DNA from: Bythopirellula sp.
Lineage (GTDB): Bacteria > Planctomycetota > Planctomycetia > Pirellulales > Lacipirellulaceae
NCBI GenBank assembly: GCA_965216565.1
Contig: OZ244170.1
Coordinates: 640,001-704,000 of the forward strand
DNA length: 64,000 nt
Direction of reading: 5' to 3'
A program made the translations under genes and the position numbers. Of this stretch, positions 47,222 to 56,069 are shown piece by piece. Within the stretch, counting starts at the first letter, position 1, and each line of letters starts with the position of its first letter. The notes beneath the pieces are model-generated. The model worked only from the letters and a program-made list of their open reading frames with translations, made no database searches and was not told where the DNA came from.

Positions 47222-49432
47222 TTGAACACAACACTTCCAACTCACGAAATCGTGCTCCTTGGTGCAGGGCATACAAACTGCCATATCATTCGCAAGTGGC
47301 GAATGAACCCGATTCCCGGTGCACGACTCACATGTGTTTCTGATCAACCGATTGCTGCTTATTCTGGAATGCTGGCAGGCACGCTTGCAGGGCAGTACGA
47401 GCAGCAAGAAATGCAAATCGATTTAGTGCGATTCTGTGCTGCCTGTGGTGTACGCCTCGTAGTCGCAGCGGCTACTGGACTAGAACATGAGAACAAGCGG
47501 GTACTGCTAGAGGATCGGCCGGCTCTCGATTACGATCTGTTGTCCATTGGTGTGGGGTCGCGTCCCCTTATTCCACTTGACGACAATATCGGTCTCTCGA
47601 TCAAGCCGATGCAAACCTTCATGAAGCGTCTGACGGATCGAATTGGCTCGGTCGCTGCTCAAAAACCCCAAGATCCAATCGATATAGTCATAGTCGGGGG
47701 AGGTGCTGCAGGAATCGAAATTGCGTTCTGCTTAGAGACCTTTCTGCGTAACCCAGGCGCAGGGAACTCACACTTTACCATTACATTGGTTGAAGCCGCG
47801 AATAGTCTCTTCAGCGAGAGCACGCAGCGGGCGCAACTGCTTGCTCAAAAAGAGTTAACGCAGCGCGGGATTCGAGTATTACTTGATTCGAGAGTTGTAG
47901 CTCACGAAGGAAGATCAGCACTGCAGCTCGAAGGCGGCGAACATCAGCCTTTCGATATCCTGATTTGGGCAACACCGGCTACCCCGCCACGGTTGTTCGA
48001 ATCGTTAGGATTGCCAAAAGACGATCGTGGTTTTCTGCTAACCAAGAATACTCTGCAAAGTACGGGAGCAGATGATGTGTTTGTGGTCGGGGATTCGGGT
48101 TCTGTGCTTGGTGAGCAATACGCCAAGGCAGGAGTGTACGCCGTTCGCCAAGGCCCCTTCCTCTGGGAGAATCTCCGCCGCAAAGTACAGGGCGAATCTT
48201 TGAAAGCTTGGCGTCCGCAATCCCAATTCCTTTCCTTGATCAATACGGGCGACGGCAGTGCCGTCCTTTCTTATCGGTCTCTTGCAGTGCATTCCCCTCT
48301 TGCTTGGAAGCTTAAGGACTGGATCGATAGAAGGTTCATGGCAAAGTACCAGGACTACAGCCCACCGCAGATGATGGCTACGTCAGAGAACTCTGCGGCT
48401 GAGATCAAGCAACAAATGCAGTGCGGCGGATGTGGAAGCAAGGCTTCTCCGCAAGTTCTACAGACGGCGTTGCCAATGCTGAATCAGGCCCAGCACGATC
48501 ATGTTTTGATGGGGCTCAGCAATCTAGACGACATTGCCCTGATCGCCCAACGCGAGGGGAGAGCGATTGCTGCTTCGACGGACTTCTTCAGTTCGTTTGT
48601 CGACGACCCTTTCCTGTTGGGGCGTATTGCAGCACAGAACGCGTTGAGTGATTTGTATGTCAAGGGAAGCAGCCCTAGGGCGGCTCTTTCGATGGCAGTC
48701 CTTCCTCACGGTTCGCCGCAGAAGCAAGCGGCTTTGCTCGATGAACTCTTGGCAGGTGCCGGACGTGAATTCCAGGCGGCGGGCGTTCCCATCGTTGGTG
48801 GCCACTCGATTGTAGGGCCTAAGCTTACCTTTGGATTCACGATGTTAGGAGACGCTGAGCCTGAAGGTGTTCTCCGCAAGTCTACCCTTCGAGATGGAGA
48901 CTGCCTGGTGCTTACTAAGGCACTGGGTACCGGTGTTTTGCTTGCCGCTCACATGCGTGCAGCTTGCCGAGCTGAGTGGTGGGGACCGCTCGTCGATTCC
49001 ATGCTCACTAGCAATGAACAAGTTTCCCAGCTCGCTGCACAATTGCCGGTGTCTGCTGCCACAGATGTCACCGGGTTTGGCCTTGCCGGGCATCTACTGG
49101 AAATGCTAGCCCCGGCGGACTTATCGGCAGAGATCTCATTGAGCTCGTTGCCGCTGTTACCCGGAGCGGGTGAGTTGTTCCAACGCAACTTCGAGAGCAG
49201 CCTTGCCCCTAGCATCAGGGATAGCTGCACAAGGCTAGAGACTTCCGAGGACCTTCGCGACTCGTCACTGCTGGGGATTCTTTTCGATCCACAAACCTCT
49301 GGTGGTGTTTTAATGGCCATACCGGAGGTCCATTGCGAAACGCTGCTGTCGGAGTGTGAAGGTGCTGCTACGCGGATTGGACGGGTCGTACAAAGAGGCC
49401 CTGGAGGATCGACTCTCGAAGTAACGCCGTAG
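47222..49432 (+). CDS. selD: Selenide, water dikinase fused to an N-terminal pyridine nucleotide-disulfide oxidoreductase domain
   Basis: N-domain LLGAGHT, YSGML, VGGGAAGIE, VGD, KAGVYAVRQG. C-domain CGGCGSK, DD, STDFF..DDP..GRIAA.NALSD, GGHS, LTKALGTG, TDVTGFGLAGHL, DPQTSGG. Confidence 0.95.
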   Translation: MNTTLPTHEIVLLGAGHTNCHIIRKWRMNPIPGARLTCVSDQPIAAYSGMLAGTLAGQYEQQEMQIDLVRFCAACGVRLVVAAATGLEHENKRVLLEDRPALDYDLLSIGVGSRPLIPLDDNIGLSIKPMQTFMKRLTDRIGSVAAQKPQDPIDIVIVGGGAAGIEIAFCLETFLRNPGAGNSHFTITLVEAANSLFSESTQRAQLLAQKELTQRGIRVLLDSRVVAHEGRSALQLEGGEHQPFDILIWATPATPPRLFESLGLPKDDRGFLLTKNTLQSTGADDVFVVGDSGSVLGEQYAKAGVYAVRQGPFLWENLRRKVQGESLKAWRPQSQFLSLINTGDGSAVLSYRSLAVHSPLAWKLKDWIDRRFMAKYQDYSPPQMMATSENSAAEIKQQMQCGGCGSKASPQVLQTALPMLNQAQHDHVLMGLSNLDDIALIAQREGRAIAASTDFFSSFVDDPFLLGRIAAQNALSDLYVKGSSPRAALSMAVLPHGSPQKQAALLDELLAGAGREFQAAGVPIVGGHSIVGPKLTFGFTMLGDAEPEGVLRKSTLRDGDCLVLTKALGTGVLLAAHMRAACRAEWWGPLVDSMLTSNEQVSQLAAQLPVSAATDVTGFGLAGHLLEMLAPADLSAEISLSSLPLLPGAGELFQRNFESSLAPSIRDSCTRLETSEDLRDSSLLGILFDPQTSGGVLMAIPEVHCETLLSECEGAATRIGRVVQRGPGGSTLEVTP

Positions 49433-49526
49433 CCGCCCGCAGTGAAAAGCGTATATTGAATTGGTTGGCCATCTTTTGTGGCCAGAAGCGATGACTCGGC
49501 ATCAGCCAAAGTAGCAGTGATCGTCC

Positions 49527-49623
49527 GGAAGTGCGAGCCGACCTGGTGGCGGCCACGGTCTTCAAAACCGTTGTGCGGAATGACAAAAGTTTCGCAGGTG
49601 GGTTCGATTCCCATGCACTTCCG
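49527..49623 (+). tRNA. selC: tRNA-Sec (anticodon UCA)
   Basis: 97 nt, 8/5 fold. Acceptor GGAAGTGC/GCACTTCC with G discriminator; D-loop TGGT; anticodon arm ACGGT-CTTCAAA-ACCGT (TCA at 49562-49564); 8-bp variable stem; T-arm GTGGG-TTCGATT-CCCAT. CCA not encoded. Confidence 0.96.
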
Positions 49624-49847
49624 CTTTGCCCGCCAGAAGCTCGTGAGTTAACTGGATATCTCACAGGGGCATAGGCGTCACGGAACAAAAGTAGTAGGTG
49701 ATGAACGACTCGAACAATCTGCTAACACTCCAGGAATTACAGAATTACCCAAGAGCTGCGCTGCAGTGGGTCTGCTAGACGAGACTTTTCGCGGCAGATT
49801 GACGAAAGAGGATGTATCCAACCTCTTGTATCTTTCCGGAATCAAAT

Positions 49848-51161
49848 CTATTCCATCTCAATCCGCTCTAGACTGCCTACCAAAAAGACGTAGCTCAGTG
49901 CCGCCGTTAGAGTGAGCGAGCTGATAAAGATGAGAGCGGGGGCGAAACTGCCGTCTTTGACAAGGTGTCCGATCGCTGCAGGTACGATCATTGCAGAAAG
50001 TCCTCCGATAAAGTTGAACGCCCCACCCGTGAGTCCAACCAGTTTCTTGGGTGCCAGTAGCGACACAAAAACCCAGGTAATGGATGCCAGCCCATTACCA
50101 AAGAAGGCCAGTGATAGAAAAAACGTCACCCAGAATGGGTCAGTCACAAAATTGGCCCCGATCATACTTGTCGAGAGCAACAAGCCTGTAACGACCGGTA
50201 CTTTGCGCGCTACATTGGGATTCACATTTCTCCGCACGAGAAAGTCCGATAGCAACCCAGAGAGCAAGATTCCCACAAAGGCACATAAGAAAGGAACGGA
50301 AACGGCTACGCCCGACTCCAAAAAATCCATGTCTTTGTAATCTTTTAGATACTTAGGGAACCAAGTCAGGAAAAAGATGAGTGTGGCCCCTAATCCAAAC
50401 TGGCCGATGTAGATGCCCCAGAGCTTTCTTTGGCTGAGTACGAACCATAGATGGCTCCATTGGAACGGTTCGCTTATTTCGTTGTCGTCCTGCCCCGAAC
50501 CAATTAGACCTCCCCCAGCTTCGATGAGGGCGATCTCTGCAGCGTTCACTCGCGAGTGTTGTCGTGGGTCGCGGTAGAAAAAGTACCAAAATATGCCCCA
50601 TGCTATCCCAATGCCACCGGTGACGTAGAAGAGCGCCCGCCATCCCAGATAGTGTTCCATCGCCAGTAAGGCTGGGGTCATGAAAGCCAATCCAATGAAT
50701 TGCCCCGAAGTGTAAGTTGCAATAGCTCCCGCTCTTTCGTTGTCGGGGAACCAATTTGTGACAATTCGGTTGTTTAGAGGATATGAAGGTGCCTCGAAGA
50801 TGCCAACGCACACACGAAGCACAAAGAGCAGAATGAAACCTGTGGCAAATCCTTGAAAGAAGGTTGCCAGTGACCAGAGGATTAAGCAGACACTGTAGAA
50901 TCCTCGATTTCCGAACCGGTCGGCCAATATCCCTCCAGGGATTTGACAAAACGCATACGTCAGCCCAAAAGCAGAAAACAAATAGCCCATTTGCACAGAA
51001 TCTAGGGCCAGGTCTTTGCTGAGGAATGATGCCGCCACAGAAATGTTACTGCGGTCCATGTAGTTAATCACTACATTAACAAAAATAGCAACAAGAACCG
51101 CGTATCTTGCTTTCGTCGGCTTCTCGGCCCGAACCGGGCTGCCGCTTTGCTCTGTTACCAT
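49848..51161 (-). CDS. dgoT: MFS anion:cation symporter, D-galactonate transporter-like
   Basis: INYMDRSNISVA, QIPGG.LADRFG, EAPSYP.NNR.V..WFP..ERA, YIGQF..FFLTWFP.YL. Overlaps the dgoD stop. Confidence 0.82.
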   Translation of the reverse strand: MVTEQSGSPVRAEKPTKARYAVLVAIFVNVVINYMDRSNISVAASFLSKDLALDSVQMGYLFSAFGLTYAFCQIPGGILADRFGNRGFYSVCLILWSLATFFQGFATGFILLFVLRVCVGIFEAPSYPLNNRIVTNWFPDNERAGAIATYTSGQFIGLAFMTPALLAMEHYLGWRALFYVTGGIGIAWGIFWYFFYRDPRQHSRVNAAEIALIEAGGGLIGSGQDDNEISEPFQWSHLWFVLSQRKLWGIYIGQFGLGATLIFFLTWFPKYLKDYKDMDFLESGVAVSVPFLCAFVGILLSGLLSDFLVRRNVNPNVARKVPVVTGLLLSTSMIGANFVTDPFWVTFFLSLAFFGNGLASITWVFVSLLAPKKLVGLTGGAFNFIGGLSAMIVPAAIGHLVKDGSFAPALIFISSLTLTAALSYVFLVGSLERIEME

Positions 51162-52303
51162 TCGGCCACACTTCCGTCGTCATGCCGCCATAGCGGATTA
51201 CGCCAATTGTGTCCCTGAGCAGCTTTTTCGCGGACAGTCTCTTCATTCACTTCTATGCCCAGTCCCGGTCCGGTTGGGATTGATACGGAGCCGTCGACAT
51301 AATTGAATACAGTCTTGTCAGTCAGGTAGTCCAATAAATCGTTATCTTGGTTGTAGTGAATGCCCAGACTCTGCTCTTGAATAAATGCGTTGTAGCAGGT
51401 TGCATCGATTTGCAAGCAAGCCGCCAAAGCAATCGGACCCAACGGACAGTGCGGTGCGGCCGCCACGTCATACGCCTCTGCCATGGAAATGATCTTCTTG
51501 CACTCTGTTATCCCACCCGCATGCGAAACATCGGGTTGAATGATGTCTACGGCCCCGCCGGCCAGTAGTTCCTTAAAATGCCAGCGGCTGAACATTCGTT
51601 CGCCGGTGGCGATAGGGATCGAGGTGAGGTTAGCAATTTCTCGCAAGGCCTCATTATTCTCAGGTAGCACTGGCTCTTCGATGAACATTGGATGAAACAC
51701 TTCCAGTTCCTTGGCCAGCACTTTAGCCATAGGCTTATGGAGCCTGCCATGGAAATCGATTCCTATGTCGACCGCGAATCCTACTGCATCGCGAATGGCA
51801 CCGACACGCTGGAGAACCCAATCAATTTTTCGATGGGTATCGACGATTTGCATTTCGTTGGTGCCGTTCATCTTCACTGCAGTAAACCCAATCTCCTGGG
51901 CCTCATGCACTGCTTTCGCGAGATCTGCCGAGGTATCGCCATTGACCCAAGAATAGACTTGAATTTTCTCGCGGGTTTTACCCCCCATGAGTTCGTAGAT
52001 AGGTACGCCAAATTTCTTCCCTTTAATGTCCCACAGCGCTTGATCAATGCCAGACAACGCACTCATGAACACGGGGCCACCGCGATAGAATCCACCTCGA
52101 TAAAGAGTATTCCAATGGCCTTCAATATCCGTAGGGTCCTGGCCGACGAGCGACTCCATCAATTCGTCGACCGCTGTTTTGACTGTATCCGCTTTGCCCT
52201 CAACAATCGGTTCTCCCCAGCCAGTGATGCCTTCGTCGGTCTCGACTTTGAGGAATAACCACCGAGGAGCGACCTTGAAGAGTTCGTAAGCTACGATTTT
52301 CAT
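51155..52303 (-). CDS. dgoD: Galactonate dehydratase (enolase superfamily)
   Basis: PRWLFLKVETDEGITGWGEP, YRGGFYRGGP, KMNG, DFHGR, FIEEP, TGER, APHCPLGP, QEQSLGIHYN, W..P.WRH.DGSVAEW; 382 aa. Confidence 0.93.
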   Translation of the reverse strand: MKIVAYELFKVAPRWLFLKVETDEGITGWGEPIVEGKADTVKTAVDELMESLVGQDPTDIEGHWNTLYRGGFYRGGPVFMSALSGIDQALWDIKGKKFGVPIYELMGGKTREKIQVYSWVNGDTSADLAKAVHEAQEIGFTAVKMNGTNEMQIVDTHRKIDWVLQRVGAIRDAVGFAVDIGIDFHGRLHKPMAKVLAKELEVFHPMFIEEPVLPENNEALREIANLTSIPIATGERMFSRWHFKELLAGGAVDIIQPDVSHAGGITECKKIISMAEAYDVAAAPHCPLGPIALAACLQIDATCYNAFIQEQSLGIHYNQDNDLLDYLTDKTVFNYVDGSVSIPTGPGLGIEVNEETVREKAAQGHNWRNPLWRHDDGSVAEW

Positions 52304-52319
52304 GGAAAACTTCCTGCCG

Positions 52320-54089
52320 CTAGAGATCTAGCCTTTCGACATCTACAAATAAAGGGCCCGTAGCTAGTCGTTCAATCTTCAAATATGCATGGAAATTGCC
52401 TACGCCTTCAGGAAGCTCAACTTGCTGAAAGACTACTTTGGGTTGTCCCTTTTTTACTGGTGCTCTTAGGTGGACGTCTTTGAATTTGAGATGGGCAACT
52501 CCATCTGATTCGAGTGGAGGTAAATCGAGAGACACTTTGTATGACCCTCCCTCAACTCTCACACGCCAATGCCCGAGTTCATTTTCGGAGAGGACACGAG
52601 GTCCTCCCCAATCAAAACGGGAGAGGTTGACTCTAGGTTGGTCTTTGCTGCCTAAGTAGATTCGCTGAATACCTTTGGCATCACGCTCTTCGGTTACCTC
52701 GTCAAACCAACTTTCGTATCTGGCGAGCAGATTGTCGACCATCTCAGGATGCTCCTGGGCCACGTTGATTCGCTCGCTCGGGTCGTTCTCAACATCGTAG
52801 AGTTCCAAGGCAGCCAGAGTCCTCTTTAGCTCCTCATCGTCCGGCTGAAAGAGGATGTGATGAGGATCGTCGTGTGGGCTGACTAACTTAAACTTCTGAG
52901 TCCGCACAGCGAAGTGCATGTACTTAAAAGGGGTTGGGCCGTAGTGCATCTGGATATGGAATGCTCGTCCTTTATAGGGCTCGGATTCACCATTCCACAT
53001 AGGCAGTAGCGACATGCCATCCAATTTGGTGTTCTGCGGCGGTTTTATCCCGCACGCTTGGAGTATTGTGGGAAGCACATCGATTACCGTTCCCATCGTG
53101 CTATTCTTGACACCACTTGGCAACTTCTTCGGCCATCGCACGAAAAAGGGAACGCGAATTCCACACTCATAAACGCTTGTTTTTGTGCCTCGCAAATTGG
53201 CGACCCACCGTCCAGGATATACATCGTTCTTCGTGCGCCGATGCCGAGGTCCATTGTCGGAGAGGAATATAACAAGCGTATCGTCTTCCAGACCCAATTC
53301 TTTGAGCTTGTCGAGCACGCGACCAACGTTGTAGTCGATGCTATCGATCATGCCATAGGTCCGTGCATTATCCTCATGGAGACCCAATTGGCGATAAGGC
53401 TCTGCAAGTCGATCAGGCACTTCAAGGGGAAAGTGAGGTAGGTTTGTAGCTACGTAGGCCAAGAATGGTTTGTCGTCATTCTTGTTTTTGGTGATAAACT
53501 CCATCGCGGCGTCGGTAAAGATATCGTCGCAGTAGCCTTTAAACTTCTTGGGCTGATTGTTGTGCTCTAATATGGGATCAAAGTATGTATTCCCAGCGGG
53601 GCCTGCATCTTGTCCAATCCCGCCCCCCTTATGAACAAGTGCCTCTTGAAAACCTTGGTCGGTTGGCCGCATCGGACAATTATCCCCCAAGTGCCACTTG
53701 CCAAAAATTCCTGTTCTGTAACCGTGGCTTGATAAGATCTCTGCGATGGTAATTTCCGAAGCATTCATAAAGTGATCGACTTGTGTGACGGCCGTCACTC
53801 CCGTGCGATAAGGATATCTCCCTGTTAGGAGCGCGGCGCGAGTAGCTGAGCAATTGGGGTAGGCAAAGAAATGCGTCATTTCGAGCCCCTGTTCGCCAAT
53901 CGATTCGATGCGTGGAGTCTTTAGATGGGGGTTGCCATGAGCCCCAAGGTCTCCGTAGCCCTGATCGTCTGACATCATGATCACGATATTGGGCTTGGTT
54001 TGTGCCCACAGAACTTGGCCGACGCATGCCGTCGCTAGTGCCGCACAAATAGTCAGAGTTCGCATAATGTATTTGTGACTAGTTGTCAT
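52320..54089 (-). CDS. Secreted formylglycine-dependent sulfatase (S1, arylsulfatase-like)
   Basis: Signal peptide; PNIVIMMSDDQGYGD; variant motif CSATRAALLTGR; GKWHLG; SDNG; extra C-terminal beta domain. Confidence 0.92.
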   Translation of the reverse strand: MTTSHKYIMRTLTICAALATACVGQVLWAQTKPNIVIMMSDDQGYGDLGAHGNPHLKTPRIESIGEQGLEMTHFFAYPNCSATRAALLTGRYPYRTGVTAVTQVDHFMNASEITIAEILSSHGYRTGIFGKWHLGDNCPMRPTDQGFQEALVHKGGGIGQDAGPAGNTYFDPILEHNNQPKKFKGYCDDIFTDAAMEFITKNKNDDKPFLAYVATNLPHFPLEVPDRLAEPYRQLGLHEDNARTYGMIDSIDYNVGRVLDKLKELGLEDDTLVIFLSDNGPRHRRTKNDVYPGRWVANLRGTKTSVYECGIRVPFFVRWPKKLPSGVKNSTMGTVIDVLPTILQACGIKPPQNTKLDGMSLLPMWNGESEPYKGRAFHIQMHYGPTPFKYMHFAVRTQKFKLVSPHDDPHHILFQPDDEELKRTLAALELYDVENDPSERINVAQEHPEMVDNLLARYESWFDEVTEERDAKGIQRIYLGSKDQPRVNLSRFDWGGPRVLSENELGHWRVRVEGGSYKVSLDLPPLESDGVAHLKFKDVHLRAPVKKGQPKVVFQQVELPEGVGNFHAYLKIERLATGPLFVDVERLDL

Positions 54090-54182
54090 GTTGCTGAGTG
54101 CGATGAAGAAACAACCTTAAAGAACAGAGTGCAACTCAAAAGACTTATTTCGAAGGCAAAACTATTACAAACGTGCTGTGTA

Positions 54183-56069
54183 CTACTGAGCCGGCTTATC
54201 TGTTTCAAACCTTGAATTCACCTTGCTAATTGAAGAATTGAGGATCTTCCCGTTAGTCCAATTAACGCGAACTTCAACGGGCCCCTCGTCTTCTCCTATT
54301 CCAAAATGAATGGAAGGGTTGAGGCTCCGGGAGTATGCGGCGCCGGACGATCCTACACGGCAAACCTTCTTCCTATCGCCATATTTGATAGATGCGGTAG
54401 CCCCCAAGGCCGATGCGGCTCCAGTTGGCGATTCGGCCACATCAATTTGAACGTAATTATTGCCGGTCGAACTTTGATTGCGATACAGATGCCATTTGCC
54501 GCGCTCATCACCAGTGAGAATATCAACTCGACCATCGCGGTTGTAATCGAGAGTCTCTACTCCCAAGCCGATGGCACCGAGTTCTGAGGATGCAATCTGA
54601 TGACGTGCGAGGGGAGTGAACTCAGTTCCACCCTGGTTGAGGCAAACGATCGCTGAATTTGTGTGGACGAGGTCGCCGCGACGAATGATTACAAGGTCTG
54701 AATAGCCATCGTTGTCGAAATCGGCGACCGCTGCCCCGGTGGTGTGCTGATTAGAGTGAAGATTGAGACGTTTACTCACATCTACGTAGGCTCCCTCTCT
54801 ATTTTCCAACAGGATGTCCCCAGGGCCCGGTGGATGGTCATATTTTTCATAGAACTTCACACCGCGCACAATCCCTGAGCTCGGGGCCCACATGTCACCT
54901 GCGAGACGCCATTTGTTGTTGCCTACGTAACCAAGGTAAGTCCCTTTCTTGTCAATACTATCCGGCCAGCCCAAGGCATCGCTGTTAACCATTCTGACAT
55001 CTCGACCAGAGTGAGTTTCGCCGGGAAACTCATATTCGTATGCGGATTCTCCGAGGTACAATTGCTTATGTGGCCATTGCGATTGGAGATTCTCGATGTT
55101 CAGCACATCACCAACCGCTAGATCTTCGAATCGGAAAGGTCCGCGTTTTGTAAAGAACCCCCATGTGTGCGTTGCTTCGTCGTAGAACGTTTCGCCGGCC
55201 TCAAATTCTTGCCCGCGAGTGAGGAATAGATCGAAATCTCCATCGTTGTCGTAGTCGATTTCAACGATGCAGGTCACGTGCTTGATAACAGGTATCACAG
55301 CGTCGGTGACTTCCTCAAAAGACAAATCTCCCCGGCCTTGGAAGGCTCGTACTCGGTCGTTGCCATAGAGAAGAAGGTCGACCACACCGTCCCCATTAAT
55401 ATCAGTTAACAAGGTTTTTTGACCGTCTTGTTTTACCGGAGGTAGGGTATCGGTGAGTTCGAAGTGCCCGCTGCCATCGTTTCTGTAGACGTAGTTTTCA
55501 CTTGTGCCTTTGTTCTCACGAGACGGGAAAGCAAAGTTCAATAGGTCGAGATCGCCATCCTTGTCACCATCAAAGAGTTTTACGGTCCGGCCTCGCATTC
55601 GTTGCAAAGGGAGAGCGAGCTCTGGCACCTCAGTAAATTCTCTTTGATGTGTCACTCGAAAAATCTTGGCATTGCGGGCATTCTCGCCGGCTCCCCCACC
55701 GCGGGAGATCACAATCTCGTGATTCCCATCCCGATCGATGTCGCCGATAGAAATTCCATGCAAATCGCCCATGATCAGATCGTAGGGCTTTGCAAATTTC
55801 CCTTTGTTGTTCCAACAAATTCGTACCCCAAAACCGTGGTCATTTAGCAGGAGATCAACGAATCCATCCTGGTCCAGATCTGCCACGACGGGTGCATCCC
55901 ATTTTCGCAAGTTTTTCTCTTCCCTAGGGAAGTCATCAAGTGCTTCTTCAAAATGGACCGCTTCATTGCTTACTACAGAGTCGTCACTAACAGTATTCGA
56001 GCTCAGACAGAGCGGTAGAAACGATGCCGATAAGATTGTTATCAAGAGTTGTGTGTGTTTTCGAAGCAC
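54183..56069 (-). CDS. Secreted FG-GAP/VCBS repeat protein with ASPIC/UnbV C-terminus (CRTAC1-like), paralog 1
   Basis: Repeats DLDQDGFVDL, DIDRDGNHEI, DGDKDGDLDL, DINGDGVVDL, DYDNDGDFDL, DFDNDGYSDL, DYNRDGRVDI; C-terminal ALGA..IHFGIG..V.WTNG. Confidence 0.85.
   Translation of the reverse strand: MLRKHTQLLITILSASFLPLCLSSNTVSDDSVVSNEAVHFEEALDDFPREEKNLRKWDAPVVADLDQDGFVDLLLNDHGFGVRICWNNKGKFAKPYDLIMGDLHGISIGDIDRDGNHEIVISRGGGAGENARNAKIFRVTHQREFTEVPELALPLQRMRGRTVKLFDGDKDGDLDLLNFAFPSRENKGTSENYVYRNDGSGHFELTDTLPPVKQDGQKTLLTDINGDGVVDLLLYGNDRVRAFQGRGDLSFEEVTDAVIPVIKHVTCIVEIDYDNDGDFDLFLTRGQEFEAGETFYDEATHTWGFFTKRGPFRFEDLAVGDVLNIENLQSQWPHKQLYLGESAYEYEFPGETHSGRDVRMVNSDALGWPDSIDKKGTYLGYVGNNKWRLAGDMWAPSSGIVRGVKFYEKYDHPPGPGDILLENREGAYVDVSKRLNLHSNQHTTGAAVADFDNDGYSDLVIIRRGDLVHTNSAIVCLNQGGTEFTPLARHQIASSELGAIGLGVETLDYNRDGRVDILTGDERGKWHLYRNQSSTGNNYVQIDVAESPTGAASALGATASIKYGDRKKVCRVGSSGAAYSRSLNPSIHFGIGEDEGPVEVRVNWTNGKILNSSISKVNSRFETDKPAQ

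Noticed and set aside
48949..49614. 221-aa minus-strand ORF starting MGIEPT
   Set aside because: It is the antisense shadow of the selC tRNA and the selD 3' end.
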